From assembly GCA_016290135.1 (NCBI GenBank), contig JAEESW010000002.1:122584-186583 (forward strand): DNA of 64,000 nt. Reading direction: 5' to 3'. The notes beneath the pieces were generated by a model. It was not told the origin of the DNA. It worked only from the letters and a program-made list of their open reading frames with translations, and did not search any database. How positions within the stretch are numbered: position 1 is the first letter of the stretch; the number at the start of each line of letters is the position of its first letter. The position numbers and the translations under genes were made by a program. Shown piece by piece: positions 36,740-45,413 of the stretch. Origin of the DNA: a bacterium (lineage in GTDB: Bacteria; UBP6; UBA1177).

Positions 36740-39001
36740 TTACATAACCATTGTCGAGCAGCCTGAACCGCTTTTTTTGCCGGAACCCGAATCCGTACCG
36801 AGATCGTCTTTGTCATCAGAATTGTGATCGCCGGAATCTGTGTCTGTACCGCTATCGTGATCACCGGAACCGGTGTCCGTGCCGTCATCGTCATCGTACC
36901 AGTCGTCACAGCAGCCGTTGTCATAATTTTCTTCGATTTTTGTAGTGAATTCGAGTTTTCCCGAAATCCCGTCGGGGGTCGTGTATCTGAGATTGTAATT
37001 GCTTGAAAATGTTTTCTGCACGATATCGTCCAGAACGATCTCTTCCCCGCCGGCAAAGTCAAAGAGTTGCGGATCCGAGTTCATATATTGGATTTTTACC
37101 TGCCAGATCAGTGATGAAAATTTAAAAGCATTTCTGACCCATAAGTTGTGGACCATCATTTCTGCGACATCTATTTTTTCGGGAAAATCGACAAGAGGAA
37201 TCGGAATTTCTTTCGTATCTGACGGTGAAATCGTCACATAATCGGTGAATTTTGTGAAATTTTTTTCGTAAAAGTCATCAAGAGCGCTTCCGGCCGGTAT
37301 CTTTCCCTTAACGGTCAAAAATACAGTCGAAAGGTCGCCTGAAGCGACTGCATCGGCGAATGTGAAATTCGGGTTGTCGAGTTTATATCCGTATTTTGCA
37401 GCCGGCATGATGAAGCGCAGCGTTACTTCTTCATCGGTCGGCAGCCAGTTCACGATTTCGGCTGTCACGCTTTCTGATGATCCGTCTCCTCCGCTGAAGA
37501 GCGATTCTTTTTCACCTGATCCGCTTTCCCACGAATATTTCACCCACATATTTCCTGCCGGAACCGACTGCATACCGCGTTTTTCAGGGTCGTCAGGCTG
37601 ACAGTTTTCGTATCTTCCGCAGGTGTAGTTGTAAGAAACATCGTTGTATAAAAATTCGGCATTTGAATTTTCTACGCTGATAACTTCGACTTTTCTGAAA
37701 CCCCGGTAGCCCTTTCCGCTTCCCGAGAGAGGTGCCGTGGAGACAAATTCCATCTTTTTGTTTGCAAAGATCCCGCTGTTTTCAACGAGTTCGCTTCCCG
37801 GATCGAACACAGAAACAGAGTCCTGCCGGTCGTGACCTGAAAAATAGACGGGCGGATAGTTTTTATTGGTCAGGATTTTCAGAAATTCTCTTCCGGTTTC
37901 TGATGAGTGCGTTTTGCCGGTCGGTGCAAAATGACCGAAAACCGCGGCGTATTCATAGTTTGAAACGCCTTCAAGCCACTCCAGAGTCTCTGGCTGAAGT
38001 TCGAATCCGGAACTCTCTTCAGAAGCGCGTTTCTGTGCCGTTCCTTCGCTCGTATTGAGCAGAAGATATATTCTTCCGAGCAGGAATGCGTTGTTGGTAG
38101 GACCGATAAACTTCGACCAGTATTCGAGCCCGTCAAATTCTGGAAGAGATGTTGTTCCTCCGTCGTTTGAAGCGAAACGGGTGAGGAGGTCACGCTCGCC
38201 GGGAACCGCAAACATCGGAATTTCCAAATTGAGTGCGAGATCATAAAAGCCGCGGTATTCATTCTGAAAATCAATTCCGCTGACTGCGTTGCCGAGCATT
38301 ACCGCAAAATGGCTGTCGCCGGCATTGAACTGTGAAAAAGCCGCATCAACTATTCCCTTTTGAGGATCTCCGTTTTGACACGGATATTCGCCTGAATTGA
38401 AGTCTAAATCTTCGCTTTGATCGTTTCCGTCTGTCCGAGGACTCGAAAAAACGATGAATTTTGCCGGATCTCTGTATTTGTATTGAGGAAAGAAAACGGC
38501 GTTGCGCGAAATCATCTCCTTTTCGCCTCGAATTTTCAAAGCGATATCGTATCCTGCTTCGGGCAGTTTGACTGGCACGGATATTCCCAGAATCCAGGTG
38601 TCCGGTCCGATCCTGTCAACATACTGATAAAAGTTCTCATAGTGGGTATAGGCAGGATGGAGCGTCAGAAATTCGCTCCTTCCGTTTTCGTCATTCCGGA
38701 AGATTTTTACATATTCGACTTCATAAACTGAAAAATGGACGTCGTGTTCAAGCCTGAAAATAACGGAAAGCGAAGTGTTGTCTGCTACCATCGACGGAAA
38801 ACCGATGACAGGGTATAAAATGCCGTTTATCGGATAATCGTGAATCCCGGCTGTCTGCATCGTCTGTTGGTAGTCTTCAATTGTAAACCGTTCCCCGTAT
38901 TTCTGAGAACTGCGGTTTATCGACAGCATCGATTCGCCGTAAACTTGAAGTGTCAAAAATGATAAAAACAGCAGAAAAAGGAGAAAAAATCGTTTGATCA
39001 T
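36740..39001 (-). CDS. Secreted calcineurin-like metallophosphoesterase, paralog B, ending ...SGCSTMVM
   Basis: Start at MIKRFF (GGAGAG upstream). Collinear similarity to the upstream paralog (SINR...INGILYPVIGFP, GNHD-type motifs). Acidic TD/SGD linker then GC tail. Confidence 0.55.
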   Translation of the reverse strand: MIKRFFLLFLLFLSFLTLQVYGESMLSINRSSQKYGERFTIEDYQQTMQTAGIHDYPINGILYPVIGFPSMVADNTSLSVIFRLEHDVHFSVYEVEYVKIFRNDENGRSEFLTLHPAYTHYENFYQYVDRIGPDTWILGISVPVKLPEAGYDIALKIRGEKEMISRNAVFFPQYKYRDPAKFIVFSSPRTDGNDQSEDLDFNSGEYPCQNGDPQKGIVDAAFSQFNAGDSHFAVMLGNAVSGIDFQNEYRGFYDLALNLEIPMFAVPGERDLLTRFASNDGGTTSLPEFDGLEYWSKFIGPTNNAFLLGRIYLLLNTSEGTAQKRASEESSGFELQPETLEWLEGVSNYEYAAVFGHFAPTGKTHSSETGREFLKILTNKNYPPVYFSGHDRQDSVSVFDPGSELVENSGIFANKKMEFVSTAPLSGSGKGYRGFRKVEVISVENSNAEFLYNDVSYNYTCGRYENCQPDDPEKRGMQSVPAGNMWVKYSWESGSGEKESLFSGGDGSSESVTAEIVNWLPTDEEVTLRFIMPAAKYGYKLDNPNFTFADAVASGDLSTVFLTVKGKIPAGSALDDFYEKNFTKFTDYVTISPSDTKEIPIPLVDFPEKIDVAEMMVHNLWVRNAFKFSSLIWQVKIQYMNSDPQLFDFAGGEEIVLDDIVQKTFSSNYNLRYTTPDGISGKLEFTTKIEENYDNGCCDDWYDDDDGTDTGSGDHDSGTDTDSGDHNSDDKDDLGTDSGSGKKSGSGCSTMVM

Positions 39002-39083
39002 AACTCTCTCCATTCACAAATGGTTTAATATTTTACAGTGAGAAATATTTCTGTCAATTCAGCCGCCGTTTCCAAAAAAAATC

Positions 39084-39112
39084 TTGACAAATAAAGAGTT
39101 TTTCACTATAAA
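39084..39112 (+). promoter_or_regulatory. Sigma70-like promoter TTGACA-17-TATAAA upstream of tRNA-Gln and the L25-pth operon
   Basis: Hexamers read directly, about 57 bp before the tRNA 5' end. Confidence 0.5.
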
Positions 39113-39168
39113 CTGCGACCGATTTTTTCGGGGTGTTCTTTAATAAGAAGAGTTTTACTAACAGGCTT

Positions 39169-39243
39169 TGGGGCATCGTCAAGCGGTAAGACACCAGATT
39201 TTGGTTCTGGCATCCGGAGGTTCGAATCCTTCTGCCCCAGCCA
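39169..39243 (+). tRNA. tRNA-Gln (anticodon UUG), CCA encoded
   Basis: Folded by hand. Acceptor stem TGGGGCA/TGCCCCA, anticodon stem CCAGA/TCTGG with loop TTTTGGT (U33, anticodon TTG). T-arm GGAGG-TTCGAAT-CCTTC. Discriminator G followed by CCA. Confidence 0.8.
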
Positions 39244-39269
39244 TTGATAATTTGTATGTGGAGGAAATT

Positions 39270-39833
39270 ATGGAAACTTTTAAGCTCGCAGTCGAAAAAA
39301 GAGAACAGGGCAAAAAAAGTGTAAAAGCGGTAAGAAACAACGGATTTGTTCCGGTCGAAATCTATGGTAAAGGTCTCGAAAGCAATATCAGCGGTTCTGT
39401 TGAGAGAAAAGAGCTTATCAAAGGACTTCACACTCCGCAGGGAAAGAATGTTATTTTCAGCCTTGATTATGAAGGAAAATCCTACCTCGCGATCGCTCAC
39501 GAACTTCAGATCCATCCGGTAAAGGACAACATCATCCATGTTGACTTCATGACCGTTTCTGAAGACAAAGAGATCACCATCGTCGTTCCTGTCACGAAAC
39601 AGGGAAGATCGAAAGGCGAGATCGCCGGCGGAAAAATTTTCCAGGTCGTCAAGGAAGTTAAAGTTGCCTGCAAACCGGCTGACGTTCCGGCTGAGATAGT
39701 TGTCGATGTTACGAACAATGAGATCGGCGACAGGATCAAACTTTCGACCCTTCCTTATCCGCAGGGCGTAAGACCCGTTTTCAACCAGGATGCTCCGGTT
39801 ATCGTTATCAACAAGGGAAGAGGCGGCGAATAA
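39270..39833 (+). CDS. 50S ribosomal protein L25 / general stress protein Ctc
   Basis: Start at METFKLAVEKREQGKK with GGAGGA RBS. L25 N-terminal domain plus Ctc-type C-terminal extension. Confidence 0.8.
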   Translation: METFKLAVEKREQGKKSVKAVRNNGFVPVEIYGKGLESNISGSVERKELIKGLHTPQGKNVIFSLDYEGKSYLAIAHELQIHPVKDNIIHVDFMTVSEDKEITIVVPVTKQGRSKGEIAGGKIFQVVKEVKVACKPADVPAEIVVDVTNNEIGDRIKLSTLPYPQGVRPVFNQDAPVIVINKGRGGE

Positions 39834-39851
39834 CCGCTTCCGGTCGTCATT

Positions 39852-40463
39852 TTGTGGTTTCATTTTTTCTCAAAAAAACCTCTTAGTGAAGATGTTCTGA
39901 TAGCTGGTCTCGGCAACCCTGAAAAACGCTATCTTACTACGCGCCACAATATCGGGTTCATGTTTGTCGAAAGCATAGCTTCATCTTTTGGATTCGGCGA
40001 GTTCGAATTTTCGAAAAAGGTGAACGGCTTTCTTGCAAAAGGAAAGATCGGTGACAAAAATGTCATTCTGCTCAAACCTTCGACCTATATGAACAATTCC
40101 GGGAAAGCGCTCAAGGCAGCCAAAAAACTTTTCAGCATAAAGCCCGAAAACGTAATGATAGCCCACGACGACATGGATATCGCTTTCGGCTCACAGAGGA
40201 TCAGAAAAAACGGAAGTTCAGCCGGTCACAACGGTATAAAATCGATAATTACCGAGCTTAAGACCCCCGATTTTACAAGGATAAAACTCGGAATAGGAAG
40301 GCCTATGCCCGGAACAGACATCGCAGAATATGTCCTTTCGGAATTTTCAGAAGAAGAACTTGAAGCCGTCTCCGAAAACCGCGGAAAATGGGCTGAGATA
40401 GCAAAAACTATCGTTTCCGAAAGTGTTGAAACGGCAATGAACGCTTTCAACAGGAAAAATTAG
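39852..40463 (+). CDS. pth: Peptidyl-tRNA hydrolase
   Basis: LIAGLGNPEKRYLTTRHNIGF matches the Pth N-terminal catalytic motif. The annotated TTG start may be slightly too far upstream. Confidence 0.75.
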   Translation: MWFHFFSKKPLSEDVLIAGLGNPEKRYLTTRHNIGFMFVESIASSFGFGEFEFSKKVNGFLAKGKIGDKNVILLKPSTYMNNSGKALKAAKKLFSIKPENVMIAHDDMDIAFGSQRIRKNGSSAGHNGIKSIITELKTPDFTRIKLGIGRPMPGTDIAEYVLSEFSEEELEAVSENRGKWAEIAKTIVSESVETAMNAFNRKN

Positions 40464-40472
40464 CGGTGTAAG

Positions 40473-41972
40473 TTGAAAATCCTTCTCATTGCGCCGCCTG
40501 TTTTCGATTTTTACTTCACAACTCACAGAATGGAGCCGCTCGGGCTCGAATACATCCGGGAAGCTTTGGAAAAAGCGGGGCATTCGGTCATGCTTTATGA
40601 TGCGACCGCTTCAGGCAAAGTCAAAACGGTTTCCACTCCCTCCGAATTTGCATATCTTTCCAAGTTCTACGAAGAGGACTTATCACCTTTTTCGCTTCAC
40701 TGCGGCTACAAAAGACTAGGCGACAGTTTTTCAAAGATCGTTGATCTTATTAGCAGAAACGATTTCGACCTAATTGCCTTAAGTTCTCTTTTTTCACCCT
40801 ACCATCCCGATGTAGAACTTCTTGCAGCTGAAATAAAAAAAGTGACGAAAACGCCTCTCTGCATCGGAGGGACCGCGGTCGGAGCCCAGAAAAGGAAGAT
40901 CGCTGAAACCACGAACGCAGACTATCTCAACTGCGGGAACGGGGCCGTCACTCTGCCGCTCCTTGCTGACGCTATGAGCGGAAAGATCGGTTTTGAAGAA
41001 GTCCCCGGACTGATCTACAGGAAAAACGGCGGAATTTTTATGAACAAGCCTTCGTTAGAACCTGCGTGGTGCGGAGACCTGATCCCGAAGCGGGATAATC
41101 TGCGCTGGTTCAGAAAGAAAAGGATCGCCAAGATCATTTTCTCATCAGGATGCCGCAACCGCTGCGCATTCTGCTCTATCCACAGAGACAACCGTCTTGC
41201 ATACAGGGATATTCCGCACATAAAAAAGGAACTTGAATACCTTTTGAGTATCGGCGCCGAAGTAGTTGACATCGAAGACGACGACATATTCTCAAACGGA
41301 GAATATTCTTCGCAAATTCTCGATATCCTTGAGGAAATGCACGAAAAAGGATTATCTTACACCGCGATGAACGGCATGACAGTCAGAAACATCCTTCCGT
41401 TTGCCGCAAAACTTGCGAAAGCGGGCTTCATAAAGCTTGACCTCTCGCTTGTGTCCGCTGAAAAAAGTGTTGCCGACCATCTTCACAGACCGCACGGAAT
41501 AGCCGAGATCGAAAAAGTGATAGAACTCACCGAAGGAAATATAGAAATCGAAGTTTTCCTCATTCCGGGACTTCCCGGAACGGAACCCGCCGATACCTGC
41601 AGCACACTGCTTCACCTGAACAGACTCGGCGTTAAAGGCGGCTTGAGCCCGCTCTACCTCGTTCCCGGCGTACCGATGTTTGAAGAGACTGGGATCCCCG
41701 AAAACGTTCGCTTATGCCGCGGAAGCGCACTCTACCCTTTCGATGAGGAAAAACGGGCGGATATTGCATCTCTGCTCAAGATCTCAAGGTTCCTCAACTA
41801 TTCGCTCGATCACAAAAACGATGAAAACTATTCTGAATTTCTGAATTATTTCAACGAGTCGCTGAGACGAGGGCGCTGGTTCAAACTCGGTAAAGACGGT
41901 GAGTGGCGTGATTCGTTTGAATTCAGCGAAAGGTTCGAAGTCCGCCTGCTCTCTCACACAAATGCAAAATAG
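40473..41972 (+). CDS. B12-binding-domain radical SAM protein
   Basis: N-terminal cobalamin-binding-like Rossmann region. CRNRCAFCS (CxxxCxxC) radical SAM cluster motif. TTG start 10 nt after the pth stop. Confidence 0.6.
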   Translation: MKILLIAPPVFDFYFTTHRMEPLGLEYIREALEKAGHSVMLYDATASGKVKTVSTPSEFAYLSKFYEEDLSPFSLHCGYKRLGDSFSKIVDLISRNDFDLIALSSLFSPYHPDVELLAAEIKKVTKTPLCIGGTAVGAQKRKIAETTNADYLNCGNGAVTLPLLADAMSGKIGFEEVPGLIYRKNGGIFMNKPSLEPAWCGDLIPKRDNLRWFRKKRIAKIIFSSGCRNRCAFCSIHRDNRLAYRDIPHIKKELEYLLSIGAEVVDIEDDDIFSNGEYSSQILDILEEMHEKGLSYTAMNGMTVRNILPFAAKLAKAGFIKLDLSLVSAEKSVADHLHRPHGIAEIEKVIELTEGNIEIEVFLIPGLPGTEPADTCSTLLHLNRLGVKGGLSPLYLVPGVPMFEETGIPENVRLCRGSALYPFDEEKRADIASLLKISRFLNYSLDHKNDENYSEFLNYFNESLRRGRWFKLGKDGEWRDSFEFSERFEVRLLSHTNAK

Positions 41973-42829
41973 GATACTTTGTCTCCGGCTTTGCTGACTA
42001 TAAGAAAGACCTCGCCGTTGAATTTCAGGAGATTCAGACCTTCTTCGAGATTTAAATGCAAGTCTTCGATTTTATTGCCGTTTTTCAAATAGTTAAAACC
42101 TTCTTCGTCAACATCGCAGGCGTTTTTGCCCGACAGGAATCCTGGAACTGAAAGAATTGCCTTGCAGACATTTTCAGGGTCTTTCTTGAGTTCCTCGATC
42201 GAAACGGCATTTTCAAGTCTGAAAGGGCCGACTTCGCGCCTGATCAGCTCAGTGAGAACAGCTCCGCAGCCTAAAAATTCTCCGATGTCACCTGCAAGCG
42301 TGCGGATGTAGGTCCCTTTCGAGCATCTGACTAAAAACGAAAGCTCATCTGCTCCGGTCTGCGTGATATCAAGCGACTTTATTTCGACATTTCTCGCTTT
42401 CATTTCGGGAGTTTTGCCGTTGCGGGCAAGTCTGTAGGCTCTTTCGCCGTCGATTTTCAGCGCGCTGTAGACCGGCGGGATCTGAGAGATGACTCCTTGG
42501 AATTTTTTCTCGATCCCGGCGCAGTCGATATTTTGCGGAACGGTGCCGGATTTGGTAAGTTCCGTTCCCAGATCAAGGCTGTCGCTGGTGAAACCGAGCT
42601 TTATCTTTCCTGAATAGACTTTGTCGAAATCTGTTGCCAGCGATATCAGTTTCGTCGCCTTGTTCACTGCGACTACAAGAACTCCGCTCGCAAGCGGGTC
42701 AAGAGTTCCGCAGAAACCTGCCTTTTTGATTTTAAGCAGTCTTTTCAGGAAGTTAAGCTCGCCGTTAGAAGAAAAACCTTTTTGCTTGTTGAGAATGATA
42801 AAAAGAGAACTTTCGGGATTGAAAGGCAT
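41954..42829 (-). CDS. truB: tRNA pseudouridine(55) synthase
   Basis: Catalytic motif GTLDPLASGVLVV. C-terminal PUA-like region. Confidence 0.75.
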   Translation of the reverse strand: MPFNPESSLFIILNKQKGFSSNGELNFLKRLLKIKKAGFCGTLDPLASGVLVVAVNKATKLISLATDFDKVYSGKIKLGFTSDSLDLGTELTKSGTVPQNIDCAGIEKKFQGVISQIPPVYSALKIDGERAYRLARNGKTPEMKARNVEIKSLDITQTGADELSFLVRCSKGTYIRTLAGDIGEFLGCGAVLTELIRREVGPFRLENAVSIEELKKDPENVCKAILSVPGFLSGKNACDVDEEGFNYLKNGNKIEDLHLNLEEGLNLLKFNGEVFLIVSKAGDKVSYFAFV

Positions 42830-42838
42830 TTTTAAAGA

Positions 42839-42997
42839 CTATGCTTTCGAGAAATTGTCCTTGCTTACTCCGCAAACCGGGCATACCCAGTCTTCAGGGA
42901 TAGCTTCAAAAGGGGTGCCGGGAGCGATACCGCTGTCGGGATCTCCCACTGCCGGATCATAAACATAACCGCAGATTCCGCATACATACTTGACCAT
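42839..42997 (-). CDS. Rubredoxin (52 aa), absent from the supplied ORF track
   Basis: Translated by hand: [52 protein letters not shown]. It carries both the CxxCG and CPxCG motifs. Confidence 0.8.
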   Translation of the reverse strand: MVKYVCGICGYVYDPAVGDPDSGIAPGTPFEAIPEDWVCPVCGVSKDNFSKA

Positions 42998-43006
42998 AGT
43001 TTCCTC

Positions 43007-44206
43007 CTAATTTCTATTGTTGATCTTTTCTCCGATCCCGCGCCCGAGGTCGAAGCACTGCTTTTTGATTTCTTCAGTCGGAGCATAGAGCGATTTTACG
43101 CTTCCGACCAATTCGCTGCCCATGTCTGTGAGCATCTGCGAAAGGTATTTGATGCTTTCACCGCTCCAGCCGTAGGAACCGAACGCCGCCGCCAAAGGAG
43201 TTTTGAATTTGAGTCCTTTGACGTAGCACATGATATCGGCCATCGACGGGAAGATCTCGTTGTTTATAGTCGGAGAGCCGGCGATGAGAGCCGATGCGTC
43301 AAGCATTTCGGTGGCCACTTCGCTTCTGTCGCACGACTGCAGGAAGAGCGATTTGACCTTGATCCCCTGAGAGACAAGACCGTCTTCGATACAACGGGCC
43401 ATTTGTTCTGTCGAATGCCACATCGAATCGTAGACGATGACCGCTTTTTTATCAGTTCTCCTTGCAGACCATTTGTCGTAAAGACCAAGCATTTTCACGA
43501 AGTTGTCCATATTTCTCCAGACAGGGCCGTGGTCAGGAGCTACGACTTTGAAGGTGAGTCCGCTCGCAGCCACTTTTTTGAGCAGATTCTGCACGAAGGG
43601 GCTGTAGAGCGTGATGATGTTCGCATAGTAGCCTGTCGACATATCAACAAGAAGCAGCCACGGAAGCTCGTCGTCAAAACGCTCGCTCGTGGCAAGATGC
43701 ATTCCGAAAGCGTCCTGACTGAAAAGGACTTCTTCTTCGGCAAGATACGAGAACATGCTGTCGGGCCAGTGGAGCATCTTCGTCTCCATGAATTTCAGCG
43801 TTTTGTTGCCGAGGCTGAGTTCTCCGCCGTCAGCCACAGCTTCGACCTGAAGTTCCGGATAGTATGCCGCAAGAGCACGGACGCCCCCTTTCGAAGCGAA
43901 GATCTTCTCAGGTTTGACTGCATCTGCGATCTTCGGTATTCCGCCGCTGTGATCTGGTTCCGCGTGGTTGGAAACGATGTATTCGATTTTCTTCGGGTCA
44001 ACGACCGAAGCGACTCTTTCAAGAAGTTCGTCTTCAAAACCCTTTTTAACTCCGTCGATGAGCGTGATCTTGTCGGCCAAAACGAGATATGCGTTGTAGG
44101 TCGTGCCCTTTTCAGTCGAATATCCGTGAAAATAACGGATGTTCCAGTCGATCGCGCCTACCCAGTAGACTGAATCGCTGATTTTTATTGCGTTGAGGTT
44201 CGGCAT
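43007..44206 (-). CDS. Flavodiiron protein (FprA / rubredoxin:oxygen oxidoreductase type): metallo-beta-lactamase-like + flavodoxin domains
   Basis: Start set at MPNLNAIKISDSVYWVGA (AGGAG upstream). Di-iron ligand motif HAEPDH-type (NHAEPDHSGG). C-terminal flavodoxin fold. Confidence 0.8.
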   Translation of the reverse strand: MPNLNAIKISDSVYWVGAIDWNIRYFHGYSTEKGTTYNAYLVLADKITLIDGVKKGFEDELLERVASVVDPKKIEYIVSNHAEPDHSGGIPKIADAVKPEKIFASKGGVRALAAYYPELQVEAVADGGELSLGNKTLKFMETKMLHWPDSMFSYLAEEEVLFSQDAFGMHLATSERFDDELPWLLLVDMSTGYYANIITLYSPFVQNLLKKVAASGLTFKVVAPDHGPVWRNMDNFVKMLGLYDKWSARRTDKKAVIVYDSMWHSTEQMARCIEDGLVSQGIKVKSLFLQSCDRSEVATEMLDASALIAGSPTINNEIFPSMADIMCYVKGLKFKTPLAAAFGSYGWSGESIKYLSQMLTDMGSELVGSVKSLYAPTEEIKKQCFDLGRGIGEKINNRN

Positions 44207-44214
44207 TTTTTCTC

Positions 44215-44598
44215 CTACTTTCTGTTTGCCCACAGTCCGTGGATGTTGCAGTATTCACGCGCAATGATTTCGTCGGAAAATTCCATCGGAAATTCCGCGC
44301 TCGGTGCCTCTCCTGGTTTGAGATACTTTCTCATGACGACATCGCCTTTGAGCACTTCGATCCATTCGATGTAGTGGTTGTCCATCATCGGATGAGCCGT
44401 CGAGCCGACAGTTACTTTGATTCCGCCTGCCGTTTTTTCGACTACCGGAACATGTTTTTCAATGGTCTGATCGGCTGTTTTTATGGGCATAAGCTCCATT
44501 TCTTTGCCGCAGCAGACAAGCGTTCCGCCCGCTTCGTGCGAAACAGTTACGATGTTTCCGCAGATCGAGCACTTGTAGACTTCGTTTCTTTTCGTCAT
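44215..44598 (-). CDS. Desulfoferrodoxin (2Fe superoxide reductase)
   Basis: N-terminal desulforedoxin CSICGN...CCGKEM. C-terminal SOR domain. 127 aa. Confidence 0.8.
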   Translation of the reverse strand: MTKRNEVYKCSICGNIVTVSHEAGGTLVCCGKEMELMPIKTADQTIEKHVPVVEKTAGGIKVTVGSTAHPMMDNHYIEWIEVLKGDVVMRKYLKPGEAPSAEFPMEFSDEIIAREYCNIHGLWANRK

Positions 44599-44613
44599 AT
44601 CAGTTCCCCGGAA

Positions 44614-45186
44614 TTACCAGTTAGTGTTGAGAACTTCGAAGTAAGCCTGCGGGTGCTCGCATGCCGGGCATTTTTCGGGAGCTTCTTTGCCGACGTGGAT
44701 GTATCCGCAGTTGAGGCAGCGCCATGTAACTTCGCGGTCTTTCGCGAACATTCCGCTTGCTTCGAGGTCTTTTATGAAAGCGTTGTATCTTTCTTCATGG
44801 TGTTTTTCTGCAACGGCGATCTTTCTGTACATTTCGGCGATGTCGTGGAAGCCTTCTTCGTCTGCGATTCTTGCAAATTCGGGATATGCTTCAGTCCACT
44901 CTTCATGCTCGCCTGCAGCGGCAGCCTTGAGGTTTGCAAGTGTGTCGGAAATCATTCCTGCCGGATATGTCGCGGTGATTTCAAGGTCGCCGCCTTCAAG
45001 GAATTTGAACATTCTCTTTGCGTGTTCCTTTTCCTGATTTGCAGTTTCTTCAAAAATAACAGCTATTTTCTCGAATCCGTCCTTTTTAGCCTTGCTTGCG
45101 AAGTAGTTGTAACGCATTCTTGCCTGAGATTCGCCTGCGAAAGAAGTAAGAAGATTTTTTTCTGTTCTTGTTCCTTTAAGTGACAT
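44614..45186 (-). CDS. Rubrerythrin
   Basis: Start at MSLKGTRTEKNLLTSFAGESQARMRY (GGAGGA upstream). C-terminal rubredoxin-like CLNCG...CPAC. Confidence 0.85.
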   Translation of the reverse strand: MSLKGTRTEKNLLTSFAGESQARMRYNYFASKAKKDGFEKIAVIFEETANQEKEHAKRMFKFLEGGDLEITATYPAGMISDTLANLKAAAAGEHEEWTEAYPEFARIADEEGFHDIAEMYRKIAVAEKHHEERYNAFIKDLEASGMFAKDREVTWRCLNCGYIHVGKEAPEKCPACEHPQAYFEVLNTNW

Positions 45187-45240
45187 GATTTCCTCCATTA
45201 AAATTGAATAAACTAACCATAAACGGTTTAAAAACTGCTA

Positions 45241-45268
45241 ATCATATTTAGTGCCGCATTTCTGTCAA
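45241..45268 (-). promoter_or_regulatory. Sigma70-like promoter TTGACA-16-TATGAT for the rbr-dfx-fprA-rd operon
   Basis: Hexamers read on the minus strand about 55 bp upstream of the rbr start. Confidence 0.4.
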
Positions 45269-45413
45269 TTTTTGGAAACGCTTTTCTGTGTTACTGCACG
45301 AACGATCCGCTTCCTTGCAAAAGAGGAGACAGGACTATTGATTTTTTTTCACTTTTAACTAAAATTTTCTGTTTTGTTTCGCTTTTTATCAACTTTTTTT
45401 CAAGAGGTTAGCT

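Noticed and set aside
39054-39863. 269-aa minus-strand ORF
   Set aside because: It is antisense to a well-folded tRNA-Gln and to the L25 gene, which has an RBS and conserved sequence. There is no start context.
44239-45183. 314-aa plus-strand ORF
   Set aside because: It is antisense to the desulfoferrodoxin and rubrerythrin genes, both of which have unmistakable metal-binding motifs.
45199-45240. Possible PerR/Fur-type operator in the rbr 5' UTR (TTAAAATTGAATAAACTAA)
   Set aside because: It is AT-rich but not convincingly palindromic and does not match the TTATAAT-N-ATTATAA PerR box. It is left as unsupported.
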